64,000 nucleotides of DNA from Pseudomonadota bacterium (GTDB lineage Bacteria; Pseudomonadota; Gammaproteobacteria; Pseudomonadales; Moraxellaceae): NCBI GenBank assembly GCA_021804355.1, contig JAJZHP010000001.1, forward strand, positions 3,019-67,018, read 5' to 3'. The notes beneath the pieces were generated by a model. The model had not been told where the DNA came from. It did not search any database and saw nothing but the letters and a program-made list of their open reading frames with translations. The translations under genes were made by a program, and so were the position numbers. Below, in pieces: positions 36,834 to 49,371 of the stretch (position 1 is the stretch's first letter; each line of letters begins with the position of its first letter).

Positions 36834-37358
36834 TTAACGGCGGGAGGCTAAGGTAGAAGCTAAGTGATCAAGATTTTCAGCAAGGACCGCAGTGGCATGT
36901 TTTTGAAATATGTTTTCACTTCCGGAGGGTAACCAGTCCGGTAGGTGATGGATACGCGTACTCCAATTGACTTTACAGCCCTTATCAGAAAGCGGAATGG
37001 TATGGACGCAGGAGACGTGGCCATGACCCGGACCTATGCCAGGAGCGCGTAAAACCTGAAAACAGACCTTACGATCCATGCGATCCAGGACAAGCAGCTG
37101 ATGGACTATCCTGCGGCCACCACAGTCCACATGTCGCAACAATCCCTCATGATTTTGTTCGAGTTCTACATTATCAATGTGAGGGGCAAGATCCGCATAG
37201 CGTGAGAAATCACCCAGAATTTCCCACACCTGATCAGCACTTTCAGGGATCTCGCGTTCCACATCGATCACAAGTTCCATAGCATATCCCGCAAAGAGCG
37301 GCTCCTTATCCTGTAAGCATGGCAAAACGGGCTCTACTTTGCCATCAGTCCATTGCAT
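36834..37358 (-). CDS. SRPBCC (START/Bet v1-like, polyketide cyclase-type) family protein
   Basis: VIDVEREIPESADQVWEILGDFSRYADLAPHI is typical of the SRPBCC N-terminus. The true start may be ATG 37280 (148 aa) rather than 37358. Neither has a good RBS. Confidence 0.55.
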   Translation of the reverse strand: MQWTDGKVEPVLPCLQDKEPLFAGYAMELVIDVEREIPESADQVWEILGDFSRYADLAPHIDNVELEQNHEGLLRHVDCGGRRIVHQLLVLDRMDRKVCFQVLRAPGIGPGHGHVSCVHTIPLSDKGCKVNWSTRIHHLPDWLPSGSENIFQKHATAVLAENLDHLASTLASRR

Positions 37359-37554
37359 GAATTTTAAGTCTTAGGCCTGCGACATTAGACCCATGAGCGG
37401 ATGCTCGTTAGAATAGGGTGATGCGGGATGGGATTAGCATTTTCAGGAAGTCCCCCAGGGGTATTTGAAAACATCAGGTGCATAACCAAAAAGGAGTAGC
37501 GTGTACGGGCGAGCACCTCCCCCCTTGTTAGAGGGAATTCACGCGCAATTGAAC

Positions 37555-38697
37555 ATGACGATTGATGGTAGCGAAATCAAATTATTCCGGGACAATGTAA
37601 GACGTTTTCTGGTTGAACAGATACAGCCTCACTATGTGCAGTGGGAAAGAGAATCCTGGATGCCCAGAGAAATTTGGAGCCTGTTGGGAGAAAATGGGCT
37701 GTTATGTGTTGATCAGGATGAGGCTCATGGCGGATCCGGTGTTCCCTTTCCCTATTCAGCCGTGGTATTGGAAGAGGCTGCCCACCTTGGACTGGGCTCA
37801 TTAGCTACGGGGCTTTCTGTACATTCAGATATTTGTGCGCCTTATGTTCAGCATATGGGTAGTTCAGCTCAGAAGGACTATTGGTTGCCGCGCTTAGTGT
37901 CAGGTGAGACCGTAGCCGCTATCGCCATGACCGAGCCTGGTGCAGGTTCAGATCTGCAGGGTATGCGTAGTACGGCCATCCGGCAGGGTGATCACTATGT
38001 ATTGAATGGCTCCAAAACATTTATCACCAATGGTCAGCATGCTGGATTGGTTATCGTCGCTGCCAAGACAGATCCCAAAGCGGGCGCCAAAGGCGTCTCA
38101 CTCTTTCTGGTGGACCCTGCGCTGCCAGGATTCAGTCGTGGTCGTAAGCTGGAAAAGCTGGGCTTGCATAGCCAGGACACCTCAGAACTTTTCTTTGACA
38201 ATGTTCAGCTACCTTTGGATGCTTTGCTGGGTGAAGAGGGTCGTGGTTTTGCCTATCTTATGCAGGAATTACCGCGTGAACGACTAGCTATAGCCGTGAC
38301 AGCGGTGGCTGCTGCAGAGGGTGTTTTGCAAGAAACGATACGTTATACCACCGAGCGTAAGGCTTTTGGAGTGGCTATATCGCAGATGCAAAATACACGT
38401 TTTACCTTGGCCCAATGCGCGACTGATATTGCTTGTGTACGAGCATTTTTAGATCAATGCGTGGATCAATATATGGGGAATGCCCTGGATGTACCCACGG
38501 CAGCCATGATTAAACTGGCAGCTACCGATTTACAGGGCAAGGTTGCTGATGCCTGTTTGCAATTGCATGGTGGTTACGGCTACATGACCGAGTATCCTGT
38601 GGCTCGCGCCTATGTGGATGCGCGGGTTCAGAGAATCTATGGTGGAACCAATGAAATCATGAAAGAGGTCATCGCGCGATCTCTCGTAGGGCGCTAA
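37555..38697 (+). CDS. Acyl-CoA dehydrogenase (short/branched-chain type)
   Basis: EIKLFRDNVRRFL..., AMTEPGAGSDLQGM, GSKTFITNG and the C-terminal RIYGGTNEIMKEVIAR are present. An alternative GTG start at 37501 has an AAGGAG RBS. Confidence 0.88.
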   Translation: MTIDGSEIKLFRDNVRRFLVEQIQPHYVQWERESWMPREIWSLLGENGLLCVDQDEAHGGSGVPFPYSAVVLEEAAHLGLGSLATGLSVHSDICAPYVQHMGSSAQKDYWLPRLVSGETVAAIAMTEPGAGSDLQGMRSTAIRQGDHYVLNGSKTFITNGQHAGLVIVAAKTDPKAGAKGVSLFLVDPALPGFSRGRKLEKLGLHSQDTSELFFDNVQLPLDALLGEEGRGFAYLMQELPRERLAIAVTAVAAAEGVLQETIRYTTERKAFGVAISQMQNTRFTLAQCATDIACVRAFLDQCVDQYMGNALDVPTAAMIKLAATDLQGKVADACLQLHGGYGYMTEYPVARAYVDARVQRIYGGTNEIMKEVIARSLVGR

Positions 38698-38701
38698 GCC
38701 G

Positions 38702-39601
38702 TTAGGGCTTAGGGTCGACGTGCGTCATGACATCAACGACGCGATGCAGGCGCTGAACACGTTCTTGAACGTGTTCAGCGATGTCGTGACCTTCGCGTAC
38801 ACGCAAATCACCATCAATTTCCAAATGCACATCCACCATCAGCAAATCGCCAACTTTGCGCGTGCGCAGGTTGTGCAAACCTAGTACCCCCGGTGTGGTG
38901 ATAATGGTTTGATGTATGGCATCGACCTCTTCCTGAGAAGCCGCCCTATCCATCAGATCGTTGAGTGCCTCCCAGGCAAAATGCACACCCATGCGTAATA
39001 CCATCAGTCCAACCAATAAGGCGGCAATGGGATCAAAGAGTTTGTAGCCCAGCAAATTACCAGCCACGCCGATACTGACGACTAAGGAAGAAAGCGAGTC
39101 TGAACGTGCGTGCCAAGCATTGGCGATCAGGAGTGAGGACCTCACCCGCGTAGCGACATGCAGCAGATATTGAAATAAGATCTCCTTGCTGATGAGCCCT
39201 GTGAGGGCAACGGCAAGAGCCATCGGAGCAATGCTAACCAGGCTGGAGGTATTCTGAAGTCGGTCGATAGCGCTCCACAGCATGTGACCGCCGACAAAGA
39301 TAAGTAATAGTCCCAGCGCCAAAGAGGCTGCATTTTCAAAGCGGTAATGTCCATACTGATGATCAGCATCAGCATCGCGATGGCTATGATGGTTGGCAAG
39401 CAAAACCACACCATCAGCAAGTAAGTCAGCCAAAGAATGTAGTCCATCAGCTACCAGGGCCTGAGAGTGCGACAGCCAGCCAACCAGAATCTGTATCGTG
39501 GCTAACAGGGTATTAACACCTACGCTGACTAGCGTACTACGCTGAGCCGCCTGTTGTCGGCTTGCACCTGCATCTCCGCTAAAAGCACGTTCGGGCCACA
39601 T
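38702..39601 (-). CDS. Cation diffusion facilitator (CDF) family metal efflux transporter
   Basis: It has six TM segments. The HSLADLLAD motif is in TM2 and HARSD in TM5. A C-terminal cytoplasmic domain is present. Confidence 0.85.
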   Translation of the reverse strand: MWPERAFSGDAGASRQQAAQRSTLVSVGVNTLLATIQILVGWLSHSQALVADGLHSLADLLADGVVLLANHHSHRDADADHQYGHYRFENAASLALGLLLIFVGGHMLWSAIDRLQNTSSLVSIAPMALAVALTGLISKEILFQYLLHVATRVRSSLLIANAWHARSDSLSSLVVSIGVAGNLLGYKLFDPIAALLVGLMVLRMGVHFAWEALNDLMDRAASQEEVDAIHQTIITTPGVLGLHNLRTRKVGDLLMVDVHLEIDGDLRVREGHDIAEHVQERVQRLHRVVDVMTHVDPKP

Positions 39602-39770
39602 AATTGATCTGAGTCCAAGTTTTGATGAAAAATGATTACTTTACCGCGTAAGAAGCCATAAATGATTTTACACGCATCATGAGCTATCTTATCATCCTGA
39701 GCATCTAATCTTTGCAGCCTACATTTTTTGGGCTAGGGTTCATGCTAATCCGTTTATGGGGAGCTAATCC

Positions 39771-40193
39771 ATGTCGCCAGTCGGTTCGGTAGCCGAGAAT
39801 TGGTCCTTGAGTGTTTACGTTCTGGGTGTTCTGGCTATATGCGTCATCATGCTGGTGTTGCCACCTTTTCTGGGAGGACGCGCTCGGGGCAGGGCCAAGG
39901 AAGATCCCTTTGAATCAGGGGTTATTGGCCAAGGCACGGCACAAATGCGCTTCTCAGCCAAGTTCTATTTAGTCACCATGATGTTCGTGATATTCGATGT
40001 TGAAGCGCTCTTCCTCTATGCCTGGGCAGTCTCGATCAAGCAAAGTGGCTGGCTAGGTTTTATAGAGGCCACGACCTTCATCATCATTTTGCTGGCGGGA
40101 CTGTATTATCTCTGGCGCATAGGTGCTTTGGACTGGGCCCCTGCCCAGCGTCGTCGCCATGTGCTACCTCATGTCGTTAACCAGGACCAATGA
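39771..40193 (+). CDS. nuoA: NADH-quinone oxidoreductase subunit A
   Basis: 140 aa with 3 TM segments and [21 protein letters not shown]. It is the first gene of the nuo operon. The RBS is GGGGAG. Confidence 0.93.
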   Translation: MSPVGSVAENWSLSVYVLGVLAICVIMLVLPPFLGGRARGRAKEDPFESGVIGQGTAQMRFSAKFYLVTMMFVIFDVEALFLYAWAVSIKQSGWLGFIEATTFIIILLAGLYYLWRIGALDWAPAQRRRHVLPHVVNQDQ

Positions 40194-40203
40194 GAACGTA
40201 TTC

Positions 40204-40875
40204 ATGAAATACACCCTGACACGCGTTAACGAAAATACACCTGACCAACGCTATCCCATGCAGGATCAACAGCCTGGGGATCCCATGGGCGATCAGGTGC
40301 ATCGCAATATCATGATGGGTAAGCTGGAAGATATGGTGCACGGGGTCGTCAACTGGGGTAGAGCCAATTCACTTTGGCCCTTCAACTTTGGACTCTCGTG
40401 TTGTTATGTGGAAATGGCTACCGCATTTACAGCACCCCATGATCTGGCACGCTTTGGTTCTGAAGTGATTCGCGCTACGCCCCGTCAGGCTGATTTGATG
40501 GTGGTGGCAGGCACCTGTTTTATCAAAATGGCTCCCGTGGTACAGCGTCTTTACGAGCAGATGCTTGAGCCCAAGTGGGTGATCTGTATGGGAGCATGTG
40601 CAAATTCAGGGGGTATGTACGACATTTATTCCGTGGTTCAGGGGGTGGATAAATTCTTGCCCGTGGATGTTTACATCCCCGGTTGTCCTCCCCGCCCAGA
40701 GGCATTTCTGCAGGCACTGATGTTGCTGCAGGACTCGATTGGGAAAGAGCGTCGGCCCCTGTCATGGGTGGTGGGAGAACAAGGAGTGTACCGCGCAGAT
40801 ATGCAGCCAGAGCGTGATCGCAAACAGGCTGAACGTATTGCGGTTACTCATTTACGCACGCCGGATCAGATCTGA
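40204..40875 (+). CDS. nuoB: NADH-quinone oxidoreductase subunit B
   Basis: From ATG 40204. The N2 cluster ligand motifs are [18 protein letters not shown] and PGCPP. Confidence 0.95.
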   Translation: MKYTLTRVNENTPDQRYPMQDQQPGDPMGDQVHRNIMMGKLEDMVHGVVNWGRANSLWPFNFGLSCCYVEMATAFTAPHDLARFGSEVIRATPRQADLMVVAGTCFIKMAPVVQRLYEQMLEPKWVICMGACANSGGMYDIYSVVQGVDKFLPVDVYIPGCPPRPEAFLQALMLLQDSIGKERRPLSWVVGEQGVYRADMQPERDRKQAERIAVTHLRTPDQI

Positions 40876-40914
40876 GTGTGTTGACCTGAGTTTAAAGGTG
40901 GGGCGAAGATTCCG

Positions 40915-42693
40915 ATGGCTGAAGAAGTCCGAATAACTCCGGAATTTCCGGGCAGCGAACATGAAGTAGTACGTGAGCTGCGCAGTCGCTTTGGTGCCGA
41001 TACGTTGGTGTTCCAGGCCACCGTGGACCGATTGCCAACCCTGTGGGTGCAGCGCTCGCAACTGATCGATGTGCTTAAATTTCTGCGTCATGTTCCGCAG
41101 CCCTACTCTATGCTTTATGACCTTTCAGGGGTGGATGAAAGACTGCGGCAGCATCGGAATGGCTTACCTGCAGCCGATTTTACGGTTTTCTATCACCTGC
41201 TTTCGATAGAACGTAACAGCGATGTACGTATCAAGGTTGCTTTGTCTTCTGAAGATTTACATCTTCCCACCGCTACGGGAATTTGGCCGAATGCCAACTG
41301 GTACGAGCGAGAAGTTTGGGACTTGCTAGGCATCGTCTTTGATGGGCATCCCCTACTGACGCGCATACTTTTGCCTCCGACATGGACTGGACACCCTTTG
41401 CGTAAGGACTATCCGGCACGCGCAACTGAATTTGATCCATTCATGTTAAATGCAGCCAAACAGGATCTTGAGCAGGAAGCGTTGCTGTTCAAGCCTGAGC
41501 AGTGGGGTATGACCAAGGGCAATGCAACTGAGGATTTCATGTTCCTCAATTTGGGGCCTAACCATCCCTCAGCACATGGTGCCTTTCGTATCGTCGTGCA
41601 GCTCGATGGTGAAGAAATTGTGGATTGTGTTCCCGATATCGGCTATCACCATCGTGGTGCTGAGAAGATGGCTGAGCGCCAGACTTGGCATAGCTTTATT
41701 CCCTACACGGATCGTATAGATTATCTGGGCGGGGTAATGAATAACCTGCCTTATGTTTTAGCGGTTGAGAAACTTGCCGGCATTGAAGTGCCTGATCGCG
41801 TCAAGACTATACGCGTCATGCTGGCTGAGTTTTTCCGCATCTCTTCACACTTATTGTTCCTGGGTACCTATATTCAGGACGTGGGCGGGATGACGCCGAT
41901 CTTCTTCATGTTCACCGACCGTATGAAAGCCTTTGATGTCATTGAAGCCATTACAGGTTTTCGTATGCATCCGGCTTGGTACCGTATTGGCGGGGTTGCG
42001 CATGATTTGCCCAGAGGCTGGGATAAGTTAGTTCGTGAATTTGTTGACTGGATGCCCAAGCGCCTTGATGAGTACGAAAAGGCCGCCATGAAAAATTCCA
42101 TACTGATCGGCCGCACGCGTCATGTGGCACAGTATGACAAGGAACAAGCCCTGGCCTGGGGTGTGACCGGACCGGGATTACGTGCGACGGGCGTCAATTT
42201 TGATTTACGCAAAGCACGCCCCTATTCCGGGTATGAAAATTTTGATTTTGACGTGCCACTTGCCCAGAATGGCGATGCCTATGATCGCGGCATGTTGCGT
42301 CTTGAAGAAATGCGTCAAAGTTTGCGCATAATCAGGCAATGTCTGGATAATATGCCTGAGGGGCCCTATAAGGCAGATCATCCGCTAACCTGCCCTCCTC
42401 CCAAGGAAAGAACCCTGAAAGATATCGAAACGCTGATTACGCATTTCCTTTCGGTGTCTTGGGGGCCGGTCATGCCGGCAGGCGAAAGCTGCCAAATGAT
42501 CGAAGCTACCAAGGGCATCAACAGTTACTACGTGACTTCAGACCACAGCACCATGAGTTACCGGACGCGCATACGCACGCCCAGCTACCCGCATTTGCAA
42601 CAGATACCTTCGGTGATTCGAGGCTCTATGGTCCCGGATCTGATCGCCTTATTGGCCAGTATTGACTTTGTGATGGCAGATGTCGACCGCTAA
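40915..42693 (+). CDS. nuoC: NADH-quinone oxidoreductase fused subunit C/D
   Basis: This 592-aa single ORF has a NuoC-like N-terminus (LRNRFG-type, [11 protein letters not shown]) and a NuoD-like C-terminus ([15 protein letters not shown] ... FVMADVDR). The fusion matches E. coli and Pseudomonas. Confidence 0.95.
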   Translation: MAEEVRITPEFPGSEHEVVRELRSRFGADTLVFQATVDRLPTLWVQRSQLIDVLKFLRHVPQPYSMLYDLSGVDERLRQHRNGLPAADFTVFYHLLSIERNSDVRIKVALSSEDLHLPTATGIWPNANWYEREVWDLLGIVFDGHPLLTRILLPPTWTGHPLRKDYPARATEFDPFMLNAAKQDLEQEALLFKPEQWGMTKGNATEDFMFLNLGPNHPSAHGAFRIVVQLDGEEIVDCVPDIGYHHRGAEKMAERQTWHSFIPYTDRIDYLGGVMNNLPYVLAVEKLAGIEVPDRVKTIRVMLAEFFRISSHLLFLGTYIQDVGGMTPIFFMFTDRMKAFDVIEAITGFRMHPAWYRIGGVAHDLPRGWDKLVREFVDWMPKRLDEYEKAAMKNSILIGRTRHVAQYDKEQALAWGVTGPGLRATGVNFDLRKARPYSGYENFDFDVPLAQNGDAYDRGMLRLEEMRQSLRIIRQCLDNMPEGPYKADHPLTCPPPKERTLKDIETLITHFLSVSWGPVMPAGESCQMIEATKGINSYYVTSDHSTMSYRTRIRTPSYPHLQQIPSVIRGSMVPDLIALLASIDFVMADVDR

Positions 42694-43201
42694 CCCTAAA
42701 AATCAGATCATTGTCACCGACCGCGGTGAACCCTTTGAACTCACTGCTGAAGAGCGGCAGGCTATTGAGGCAGCTATGCACCACTATGAGGATGCACGAG
42801 CGGCCACGATTGATGCCCTCAAGATCGTTCAATCGCGACGACGCTGGGTAAGTGACGGCGCCATCACAGCTATCGCTGCTGTGCTAGGCGTTGCTGCTGC
42901 CGATGTCGAAGGGGTAGCTACTTTTTACAATCGAATCTACAGACAGCCCGTAGGTAGGCACGTCATTCTGGTCTGTGACAGTATTGGCTGTTATCTCACG
43001 GGATTTGAAAAAGTATACCAGCGTATCCAGGAAATTCTTGCCATTAAACCCGGCGAGACGACAGCCGATGACAAGTTTACGGTGTTGCCGGTGGTTTGCC
43101 TGGGCGCCTGTGATCGTGGGCCGGTGCTTCTGATCGATGAAGACACCCATTTCAATGTCACGCCTGAAAATGTAGGGCAGGTATTGGAGCAGTACGCATG
43201 A
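42680..43201 (+). CDS. nuoE: NADH-quinone oxidoreductase subunit E
   Basis: The 2Fe-2S ligand pattern is present: VCDSIGCYL ... [10 protein letters not shown]. Confidence 0.95.
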   Translation: MSTANPKNQIIVTDRGEPFELTAEERQAIEAAMHHYEDARAATIDALKIVQSRRRWVSDGAITAIAAVLGVAAADVEGVATFYNRIYRQPVGRHVILVCDSIGCYLTGFEKVYQRIQEILAIKPGETTADDKFTVLPVVCLGACDRGPVLLIDEDTHFNVTPENVGQVLEQYA

Positions 43202-44496
43202 GTTCCCAGATCAATGTGGGCATCAAGGTCGATCGTGAGACGCATCCGCTGACCTGGCGCCGACATGCAGCGGGTGGTCCGGTGCATACGCTGAGTGTCT
43301 ATGAGTCTTTGGAAGGCTTTGCAGCGTTACGCAAGATTATGGGCACTGATCCTCTGGAACTGCAGAAAACAGTTAAAGATGCAGGCTTACGTGGACGAGG
43401 GGGGGCGGGATTTCCTACCGGCGTCAAGTGGTCGCTTATTCCCATGGGAGCAGATGCCGGGCGGAAGTACCTCATCTGTAACGCCGATGAAATGGAGCCA
43501 GGCACTTTTAAAGACCGCATGTTGATGGAGGAATTACCCTTCCAGCTGGTTGAATCCATGGTGGTGTCGGCCTATGCCATAGGCGCACAAGTGGGCTATA
43601 TCTTTTTACGTGGCGAATATATTGAGGCTGCTGCCCGGTTGAAGGCAGCTATTGCTGAAGCCAAAGCCGCGGGTTACCTCGGTGATAATATCCTGGGTAC
43701 AGATTTCAGTTTTCAGTTACATGTTCATGAAGGAGCAGGTAGATATATCTGTGGCGAGGAAACGGCGCTCATCAATTGCCTGGAAGGGCGGCGCGCTAAC
43801 CCTCGAACCAAGCCTCCCTTTCCGCAACAGGCGGGTGCTTGGGGTCGGCCTACGATTGTCAATAACGTCGAAACCCTATGCAATGTGCCTGATATCGTAC
43901 TTAAAGGTGCCGTCTGGTTTAAGGGTCTTTCGCAAGGTCGTAGTAGTGATGCGGGCACCAAACTCTATGGTATCGCTGGTCGGGTCAAGCATCCTGGCCT
44001 GTGGGAACTGCCCATAGGCACAACATCCCGAGAAATTCTTGAACTGGCGGGAGGCATGCAGGAGGGTTTAGAACTGGTGACCTGGTTGCCAGGGGGAGCT
44101 TCAACAGACTTCCTGATGCCAGAGCACCTGGATTTGGCCATGGATTACGACACCATCGGCAAGGCGGGTAGCCGTATGGGTACAGGGCTGATCATGGTAG
44201 TCGATAGTGAACAAGACATCATGAAGGTACTGCGTAATCTGATGGTGTTTATGGCGAGAGAATCCTGTGGGTGGTGCACACCCTGCCGTGATGGCTTACC
44301 GTGGACGCTTAAGGTGGTGGATGCCTTGAGTCGTGGTGAGGGAGCAGTAGGTGATATTGAATGGCTACAGGATATGACTCGCTGGTTGGGGCCAGGCAGA
44401 CCGTTTTGTGCGCATGCGCCGGGTGCTATGGAACCATTGCAAAGTGCAATCAAGTTTTTCCGCAGCGAGTTTGAAAAAGGAATCAAGGCGGTCTGA
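43198..44496 (+). CDS. nuoF: NADH-quinone oxidoreductase subunit F
   Basis: [13 protein letters not shown] is the FMN/NADH site. [12 protein letters not shown] is the N3 cluster motif. Confidence 0.96.
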   Translation: MSSQINVGIKVDRETHPLTWRRHAAGGPVHTLSVYESLEGFAALRKIMGTDPLELQKTVKDAGLRGRGGAGFPTGVKWSLIPMGADAGRKYLICNADEMEPGTFKDRMLMEELPFQLVESMVVSAYAIGAQVGYIFLRGEYIEAAARLKAAIAEAKAAGYLGDNILGTDFSFQLHVHEGAGRYICGEETALINCLEGRRANPRTKPPFPQQAGAWGRPTIVNNVETLCNVPDIVLKGAVWFKGLSQGRSSDAGTKLYGIAGRVKHPGLWELPIGTTSREILELAGGMQEGLELVTWLPGGASTDFLMPEHLDLAMDYDTIGKAGSRMGTGLIMVVDSEQDIMKVLRNLMVFMARESCGWCTPCRDGLPWTLKVVDALSRGEGAVGDIEWLQDMTRWLGPGRPFCAHAPGAMEPLQSAIKFFRSEFEKGIKAV

Positions 44497-44583
44497 CAAC
44501 CGCCAGGGCGATGCCATGGCGTAACAGGCATGGTATTCGGATGATGCAGCCCCCGAAGTTGGGGACAAGGTGTAGAAGCGACG

Positions 44584-47289
44584 ATGGCGACCATACACAT
44601 CGATGGTAAGACGTACGAAGTCGACGGTGCCAACAACCTGTTGGAAGCCTGTCTGTCCTTGGGCATGGATGTGCCCTATTTCTGCTGGCACCCGGCACTA
44701 GGGTCGATCGGCGCCTGCCGCCAGTGTGCGGTCAAGCAGTATGCCGATGAAAACGATAAGCGAGGAAGGCTGGTCATGTCCTGCATGACCCCATCCAGTG
44801 ACAAGACCTTCATTTCAATTGATGATGAAGAAGCCAATGCCTTCCGCAAAAGTGTGGTGGAATGGCTGATGACTAATCATCCTCATGATTGTCCAGTATG
44901 TGCAGAAGGTGGACATTGTCATTTGCAGGATATGACGGTGATGACGGGTCATAGCACGCGTAAATACCGTTTTAACAAGCGCACACATGCTAATCAAAAC
45001 TTGGGTTCATTTATCAGGCACGAAATGAACCGCTGTATTGCTTGTTATCGCTGCGTTCGCTATTACAAAGACTATGCTGGCGGAACTGACTTAGGCGTAT
45101 TTGGTGCTCATGACAATGTGTACTTCGGCCGCGCTCAGGAAGGGACCCTGGAAAGTGAGTTCAGTGGAAATTTAACGGAAGTCTGTCCGACGGGTGTGTT
45201 CACCGATAAGACGGCGGGTGAACACTATACGCGGAAATGGGACATGCAGTTTGCCCCATCGATCTGTCAGGGTTGCTCGGTCGGCTGTAATATTAGCCCG
45301 GGTGAACGCTATGGCCTGATTCGACGCATTGAAAATCGCTATAACGGAAGCGTAAATCATCACTTCCTATGTGACCGTGGTCGTTTTGGCTATGGCTTTG
45401 TCAATCGTGAAGACAGGCCTAAACAGTCCTGGCTGGTGCGCCAGGGTCAACGTGATATGGTCAGCGTTGACGCCGCTCTGGATACGGTTGCAGGCTGGTT
45501 GCGTGGCAATACAAAGGTCGCAGGTATAGGCTCTGCGCGTGCAAGTCTGGAAAGCAATTTTGCATTGCAGCGTCTGGTGGGGATAGATCAATACAGCCAT
45601 GGCATGACCGAGGCCAACTATGAGTTGGTTCAATTAGCACGGCAAAGTCAACTGATCAAGGGCATCCATGTTCCAAGCCTGCGTGACATGGAATCGGCTG
45701 ACAGCGCTCTGGTACTGGGAGAAGATGTCACCCAGACCGCGCCTCGGGTTGCCCTGGCCTTGCGTCAAACAAGCAAAACGAGAGCCCTGCAACTGGCTGC
45801 TGAACGCAAAGTACCTGCTTGGAATGCCGAACCGATCAAAAATATTGCACAGCATGAACGTAGCCCTATCTTCCTGACCCATGTCCAAGCGACCAGGCTG
45901 GATGATATTGCGACGGATGGCTATTGGGCCCATCCAGACGATCAGGCACGACTGGGATTTGCCGTAGCCCATCTGCTCGACAACGCTGCACCTGCTGTAC
46001 CAGGATTACCTGCTGAAGTACAAGCCAAGGCTGTAGTGATAGCAGATGCCCTGCGAGCATCATCGCATCCCCTGATTATCAGTGGCATCAGCTCGGGTAG
46101 TGCAGCGCTGGTGAAAGCGGCCACCCAAGTAGCCCTTGCTCTGCTGAAATTAGGTAAGCCTGTGGCTCTTGCCCAAGTCCTGCCTGAGGTCAATACGGCA
46201 GGCGTGGGCATGTTGGGGGGCTTGGCTCTGGAAAACACCTTACAGTCTATCGAAGCTGGTGATGTGGATACCTTGATTGTGCTGGAGCATGATCTCTACC
46301 GCAGCCTGCCCAAGGCCAGGGTAGATGCTGCGTTAGCTCGGCTTAAACATCTGATTGTTGTTGACCATCAGCAGCATGAGACGCTGGCTAGGGCCGACGC
46401 TGTGTTGGCGGCAGCAAGTTTTGCTGAAGCAGACGGCACCGTGGTCAGCATGGAAGGTCGTGCCCAGCGTTACTTTAAGGTTTACGAACCCTCTTACTAT
46501 AAGCCTGAAATTTATCAGAGAGAGAGCTGGCGTTGGCTGCATGCGCTGGCTAGTGTACGTGAAGGTAAAGCGATTAATTGGTCTCACCTGGATGAGGCAA
46601 CCGCCGAACTGGCTGCTTGCCATGAACAGCTTGCCGCTATCCAGCAGGCGGCTCCAGATGCCCGTTATCGTATTTTAGGGCTTAAAGTAGCGCGCGAGCC
46701 CAGGCGGTATTCGGGTCGGACCGCTATGCGCGCCAATATCTCGGTGCATGAACCTCGTCAACCCCAGGATAGCGATACAGCATTGACCTTCTCCATGGAA
46801 GGTTATGTAGGCCCTCAAGAAGATTCAGCGCTCATTCCATTTGCCTGGGCTCCAGGATGGAACTCTCCCGCTGCATGGAATAAATTTCAGGGCGAGGTGG
46901 GTGGTCATTTGCAGCACGGTGATCCGGGTGTAAGGCTATGGGCGCAGACGCAGGAGCCGGCTTACTGTGCTCTTCCACCTGCAAGCGTGCAGCTCGCTTC
47001 TGGACAATTTGCCTTGGTGACCTTGCACCATATCTTTGGTAGTGATGAACTTTCCTCTCGCTCCGAGGTTTTACACGGGCGGCAACCCCTTCCCTATGTC
47101 ATGGCCTCTAGAAAGCAAGTTCAGGCAGACGAAGGAAGCCAGGTTCAGGTCAAGGTGGGGGAGACTACGTTGATACTAGAACTGCGACTCAGTGACAGCT
47201 TGCCTCCAGGATGTCTGGGTCTGCCCTATGGGCTGGTGCCTATAGTTGAAGGTAGTGTGGCCGAGCTGGTAAGCGGAGGTCTGGCATGA
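44584..47289 (+). CDS. nuoG: NADH-quinone oxidoreductase subunit G
   Basis: 901 aa. The N-terminus carries 2Fe-2S and 4Fe-4S motifs ([12 protein letters not shown]; [17 protein letters not shown]; CIACYRCVR). A molybdopterin-oxidoreductase-like body follows. Confidence 0.95.
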   Translation: MATIHIDGKTYEVDGANNLLEACLSLGMDVPYFCWHPALGSIGACRQCAVKQYADENDKRGRLVMSCMTPSSDKTFISIDDEEANAFRKSVVEWLMTNHPHDCPVCAEGGHCHLQDMTVMTGHSTRKYRFNKRTHANQNLGSFIRHEMNRCIACYRCVRYYKDYAGGTDLGVFGAHDNVYFGRAQEGTLESEFSGNLTEVCPTGVFTDKTAGEHYTRKWDMQFAPSICQGCSVGCNISPGERYGLIRRIENRYNGSVNHHFLCDRGRFGYGFVNREDRPKQSWLVRQGQRDMVSVDAALDTVAGWLRGNTKVAGIGSARASLESNFALQRLVGIDQYSHGMTEANYELVQLARQSQLIKGIHVPSLRDMESADSALVLGEDVTQTAPRVALALRQTSKTRALQLAAERKVPAWNAEPIKNIAQHERSPIFLTHVQATRLDDIATDGYWAHPDDQARLGFAVAHLLDNAAPAVPGLPAEVQAKAVVIADALRASSHPLIISGISSGSAALVKAATQVALALLKLGKPVALAQVLPEVNTAGVGMLGGLALENTLQSIEAGDVDTLIVLEHDLYRSLPKARVDAALARLKHLIVVDHQQHETLARADAVLAAASFAEADGTVVSMEGRAQRYFKVYEPSYYKPEIYQRESWRWLHALASVREGKAINWSHLDEATAELAACHEQLAAIQQAAPDARYRILGLKVAREPRRYSGRTAMRANISVHEPRQPQDSDTALTFSMEGYVGPQEDSALIPFAWAPGWNSPAAWNKFQGEVGGHLQHGDPGVRLWAQTQEPAYCALPPASVQLASGQFALVTLHHIFGSDELSSRSEVLHGRQPLPYVMASRKQVQADEGSQVQVKVGETTLILELRLSDSLPPGCLGLPYGLVPIVEGSVAELVSGGLA

Positions 47290-48302
47290 TGAGCGCAATC
47301 TACTCTTGGTTTACACCTGGCATTATAGCGATCATCGTGGCGGTGCTGAAATCCGTGGTGATATTGCTGGTGCCTGTCTTGGTGGCGGCTTTTTTACCCT
47401 GGCTGGAAAGACGGTTGCTGGCCTTGTGGCAGGATCGTTACGGTCCTAATCGCGTAGGGCCGTTTGGTTTAGGGCAGGTGGTAGCTGATATGCTGAAAAT
47501 CTTCTTCAAGGAAGATTGGACACCTCCTTTTGTAGATAAATTTACCTTCTGGCTGGCGCCTGGCATAGCCATGGGGGCTTTGCTGCTGGCCTTTGCGGTC
47601 GTGCCTATTACCCCGACCTGGGGTGTAGTCGACATGAATGTAGGCTTGCTGTTCTTCTTTGCTGTGGCAGGACTGGCTGTGTACGCAGCGATGCTGGGTG
47701 GTTGGTCGAGTAACAGTAAATACGCTTTATTGGGTGGCGTACGAACGACAGCTCAGACGGTGAGTTATGAAGTTTTTATGGGCCTGTCGCTGATGGGGGT
47801 GGTGGCCATTACGGGTTCATTTAATCTACGCGATATAGTCAAAGCTCAAGAACATGTCTGGTTTGTCTTTCCGCAGATTATAGGTTTCTTCACCTTTGCC
47901 ATTGCCGGGGTGGCTGTGGCTCACCGTAGTCCCTTCGATTTGCCGGAAGCGGAGCAAGAACTGGCTGCAGGTTTTCATACTGAATACTCAGGAATGAAGT
48001 TTGGCATGTTCTTTGTGGGTGAGTACGTCGGTGTACTGATGGTGTCAGCACTTATCTCAACCTTATTTTTTGGTGGCTGGTTATCTCCTTTCGGTAGTTT
48101 CATGGATTGGCCTTTATTCTGGTTCTCAGCCAAGACTTTCGTATTTGTTTGCCTGTTTATTTTGGTGCGTGGTGCCTTGCCAAGACCGCGATATGACCAG
48201 ATCATGGACTTTGGTTGGAAGGTTTGCTTGCCCCTGACCCTGATCAATCTGGTAGGTACGGCGGCCGTGGTACTTTGGAACAGCCCCGCGGTCATGCCCT
48301 GA
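47286..48302 (+). CDS. nuoH: NADH-quinone oxidoreductase subunit H
   Basis: This polytopic ND1 homologue has [20 protein letters not shown] and [11 protein letters not shown] motifs. It overlaps the nuoG stop. Confidence 0.95.
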   Translation: MMSAIYSWFTPGIIAIIVAVLKSVVILLVPVLVAAFLPWLERRLLALWQDRYGPNRVGPFGLGQVVADMLKIFFKEDWTPPFVDKFTFWLAPGIAMGALLLAFAVVPITPTWGVVDMNVGLLFFFAVAGLAVYAAMLGGWSSNSKYALLGGVRTTAQTVSYEVFMGLSLMGVVAITGSFNLRDIVKAQEHVWFVFPQIIGFFTFAIAGVAVAHRSPFDLPEAEQELAAGFHTEYSGMKFGMFFVGEYVGVLMVSALISTLFFGGWLSPFGSFMDWPLFWFSAKTFVFVCLFILVRGALPRPRYDQIMDFGWKVCLPLTLINLVGTAAVVLWNSPAVMP

Positions 48303-48315
48303 GAGGAGTTTTTTC

Positions 48316-48849
48316 ATGAATCTGCTGATGGGCATCTATTCACAGATACGCAGCATGGTGATGGTGTTTTCGCATGCATTTCGCAAGCGCGACACTATTC
48401 AGTACCCAGAACAAAAAGTGTACCTGCCTCCACGCTACCGCGGACGTATCGTGCTGACACGAGACCCGGATGGTGAGGAACGTTGTGTCGCCTGTAATCT
48501 CTGCGCCGTGGCCTGTCCGGTAGGCTGTATATCGCTGCAAAAGGCAGAAACCGAAGATGGACGTTGGTATCCAGAGTTTTTCAGAATCAATTTTTCTCGA
48601 TGCATATTTTGCGGCATGTGTGAAGAGGCTTGTCCAACCACAGCCATCCAGCTGACGCCTGATTTTGAGATGGGAGAGTACAAGCGTCAAGATCTGGTAT
48701 ATGAAAAGGAACATTTGCTGATTTCAGGCCCAGGTAAGTACCCCGAATATAATTTCTACCGGGTTGCAGGCTTGGCCATCGCAGGAAAACCCAAGGGGGC
48801 AGCCGACCACGAGTCAGCTCCAATCAACGTCAAGAGCTTGCTACCTTAA
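48316..48849 (+). CDS. nuoI: NADH-quinone oxidoreductase subunit I
   Basis: Two ferredoxin-type motifs are present: [12 protein letters not shown] and [12 protein letters not shown]. Confidence 0.95.
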   Translation: MNLLMGIYSQIRSMVMVFSHAFRKRDTIQYPEQKVYLPPRYRGRIVLTRDPDGEERCVACNLCAVACPVGCISLQKAETEDGRWYPEFFRINFSRCIFCGMCEEACPTTAIQLTPDFEMGEYKRQDLVYEKEHLLISGPGKYPEYNFYRVAGLAIAGKPKGAADHESAPINVKSLLP

Positions 48850-48857
48850 AGGAGAAT

Positions 48858-49367
48858 ATGTTGGATATTTCAGCCTTGGCATTCTACCTGACAGCAGCGG
48901 TGGCAGTCATGGCCACGCTGCGGGTCATCACCAGCAGTAACCCTGTACACGCCCTACTGTATCTGGTGCTGTCCTTAATCGCTGTCGCCATGGTTTTTTT
49001 CAATGTGGGCGCACCCTTTGCCGGAGCCCTGGAGATCATCGTATATGCAGGGGCCATCATGGTGCTCTTTGTATTTGTGGTGATGATGCTGAATTTAGGC
49101 AAACAAGTTGAGGAACAAGAAAAACTTGGATTGCACCCACGCTATTGGATAGGTCCCGGCATATTGTCTGCGGCCTTATTGTCCATGCTGATCATGTTGT
49201 TGCTAAGTGGTGCGCGTCACCCTACATCAACTTACGAGGTATCAGCGCAAAGCGTGGGAGCTTCCTTGTTTGGCCCTTATGTGCTGGCGGTTGAACTGGC
49301 ATCCATGATTTTGCTGGCTGCCATGGTGGCTGCCTGGCATCTAGGTCGACCTGAGGAGAGGGAATAA
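48858..49367 (+). CDS. nuoJ: NADH-quinone oxidoreductase subunit J
   Basis: 169-aa ND6-like membrane protein at the conserved position in the operon. Confidence 0.9.
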   Translation: MLDISALAFYLTAAVAVMATLRVITSSNPVHALLYLVLSLIAVAMVFFNVGAPFAGALEIIVYAGAIMVLFVFVVMMLNLGKQVEEQEKLGLHPRYWIGPGILSAALLSMLIMLLLSGARHPTSTYEVSAQSVGASLFGPYVLAVELASMILLAAMVAAWHLGRPEERE

Positions 49368-49371
49368 CGCC

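Noticed and set aside
38695-38711. TAAGCC-gttag-GGCTTA hairpin between the convergent ACAD and CDF genes, considered as a bidirectional terminator
   Set aside because: The stem is only 6 bp and has no flanking U/A tracts. One arm lies inside the CDF coding sequence. The evidence is too weak to call.
44145-44698. Minus-strand ORFs of 173, 108 and 71 aa spanning the nuoF end, the nuoF-nuoG gap and the nuoG start
   Set aside because: They are antisense to nuoF and nuoG and have Pro/Ser/Arg-rich low-complexity translations. The 87-nt nuoF-nuoG spacer was inspected for structure. Only weak 4-bp stems were seen, and AAGGTG serves as the nuoG RBS.
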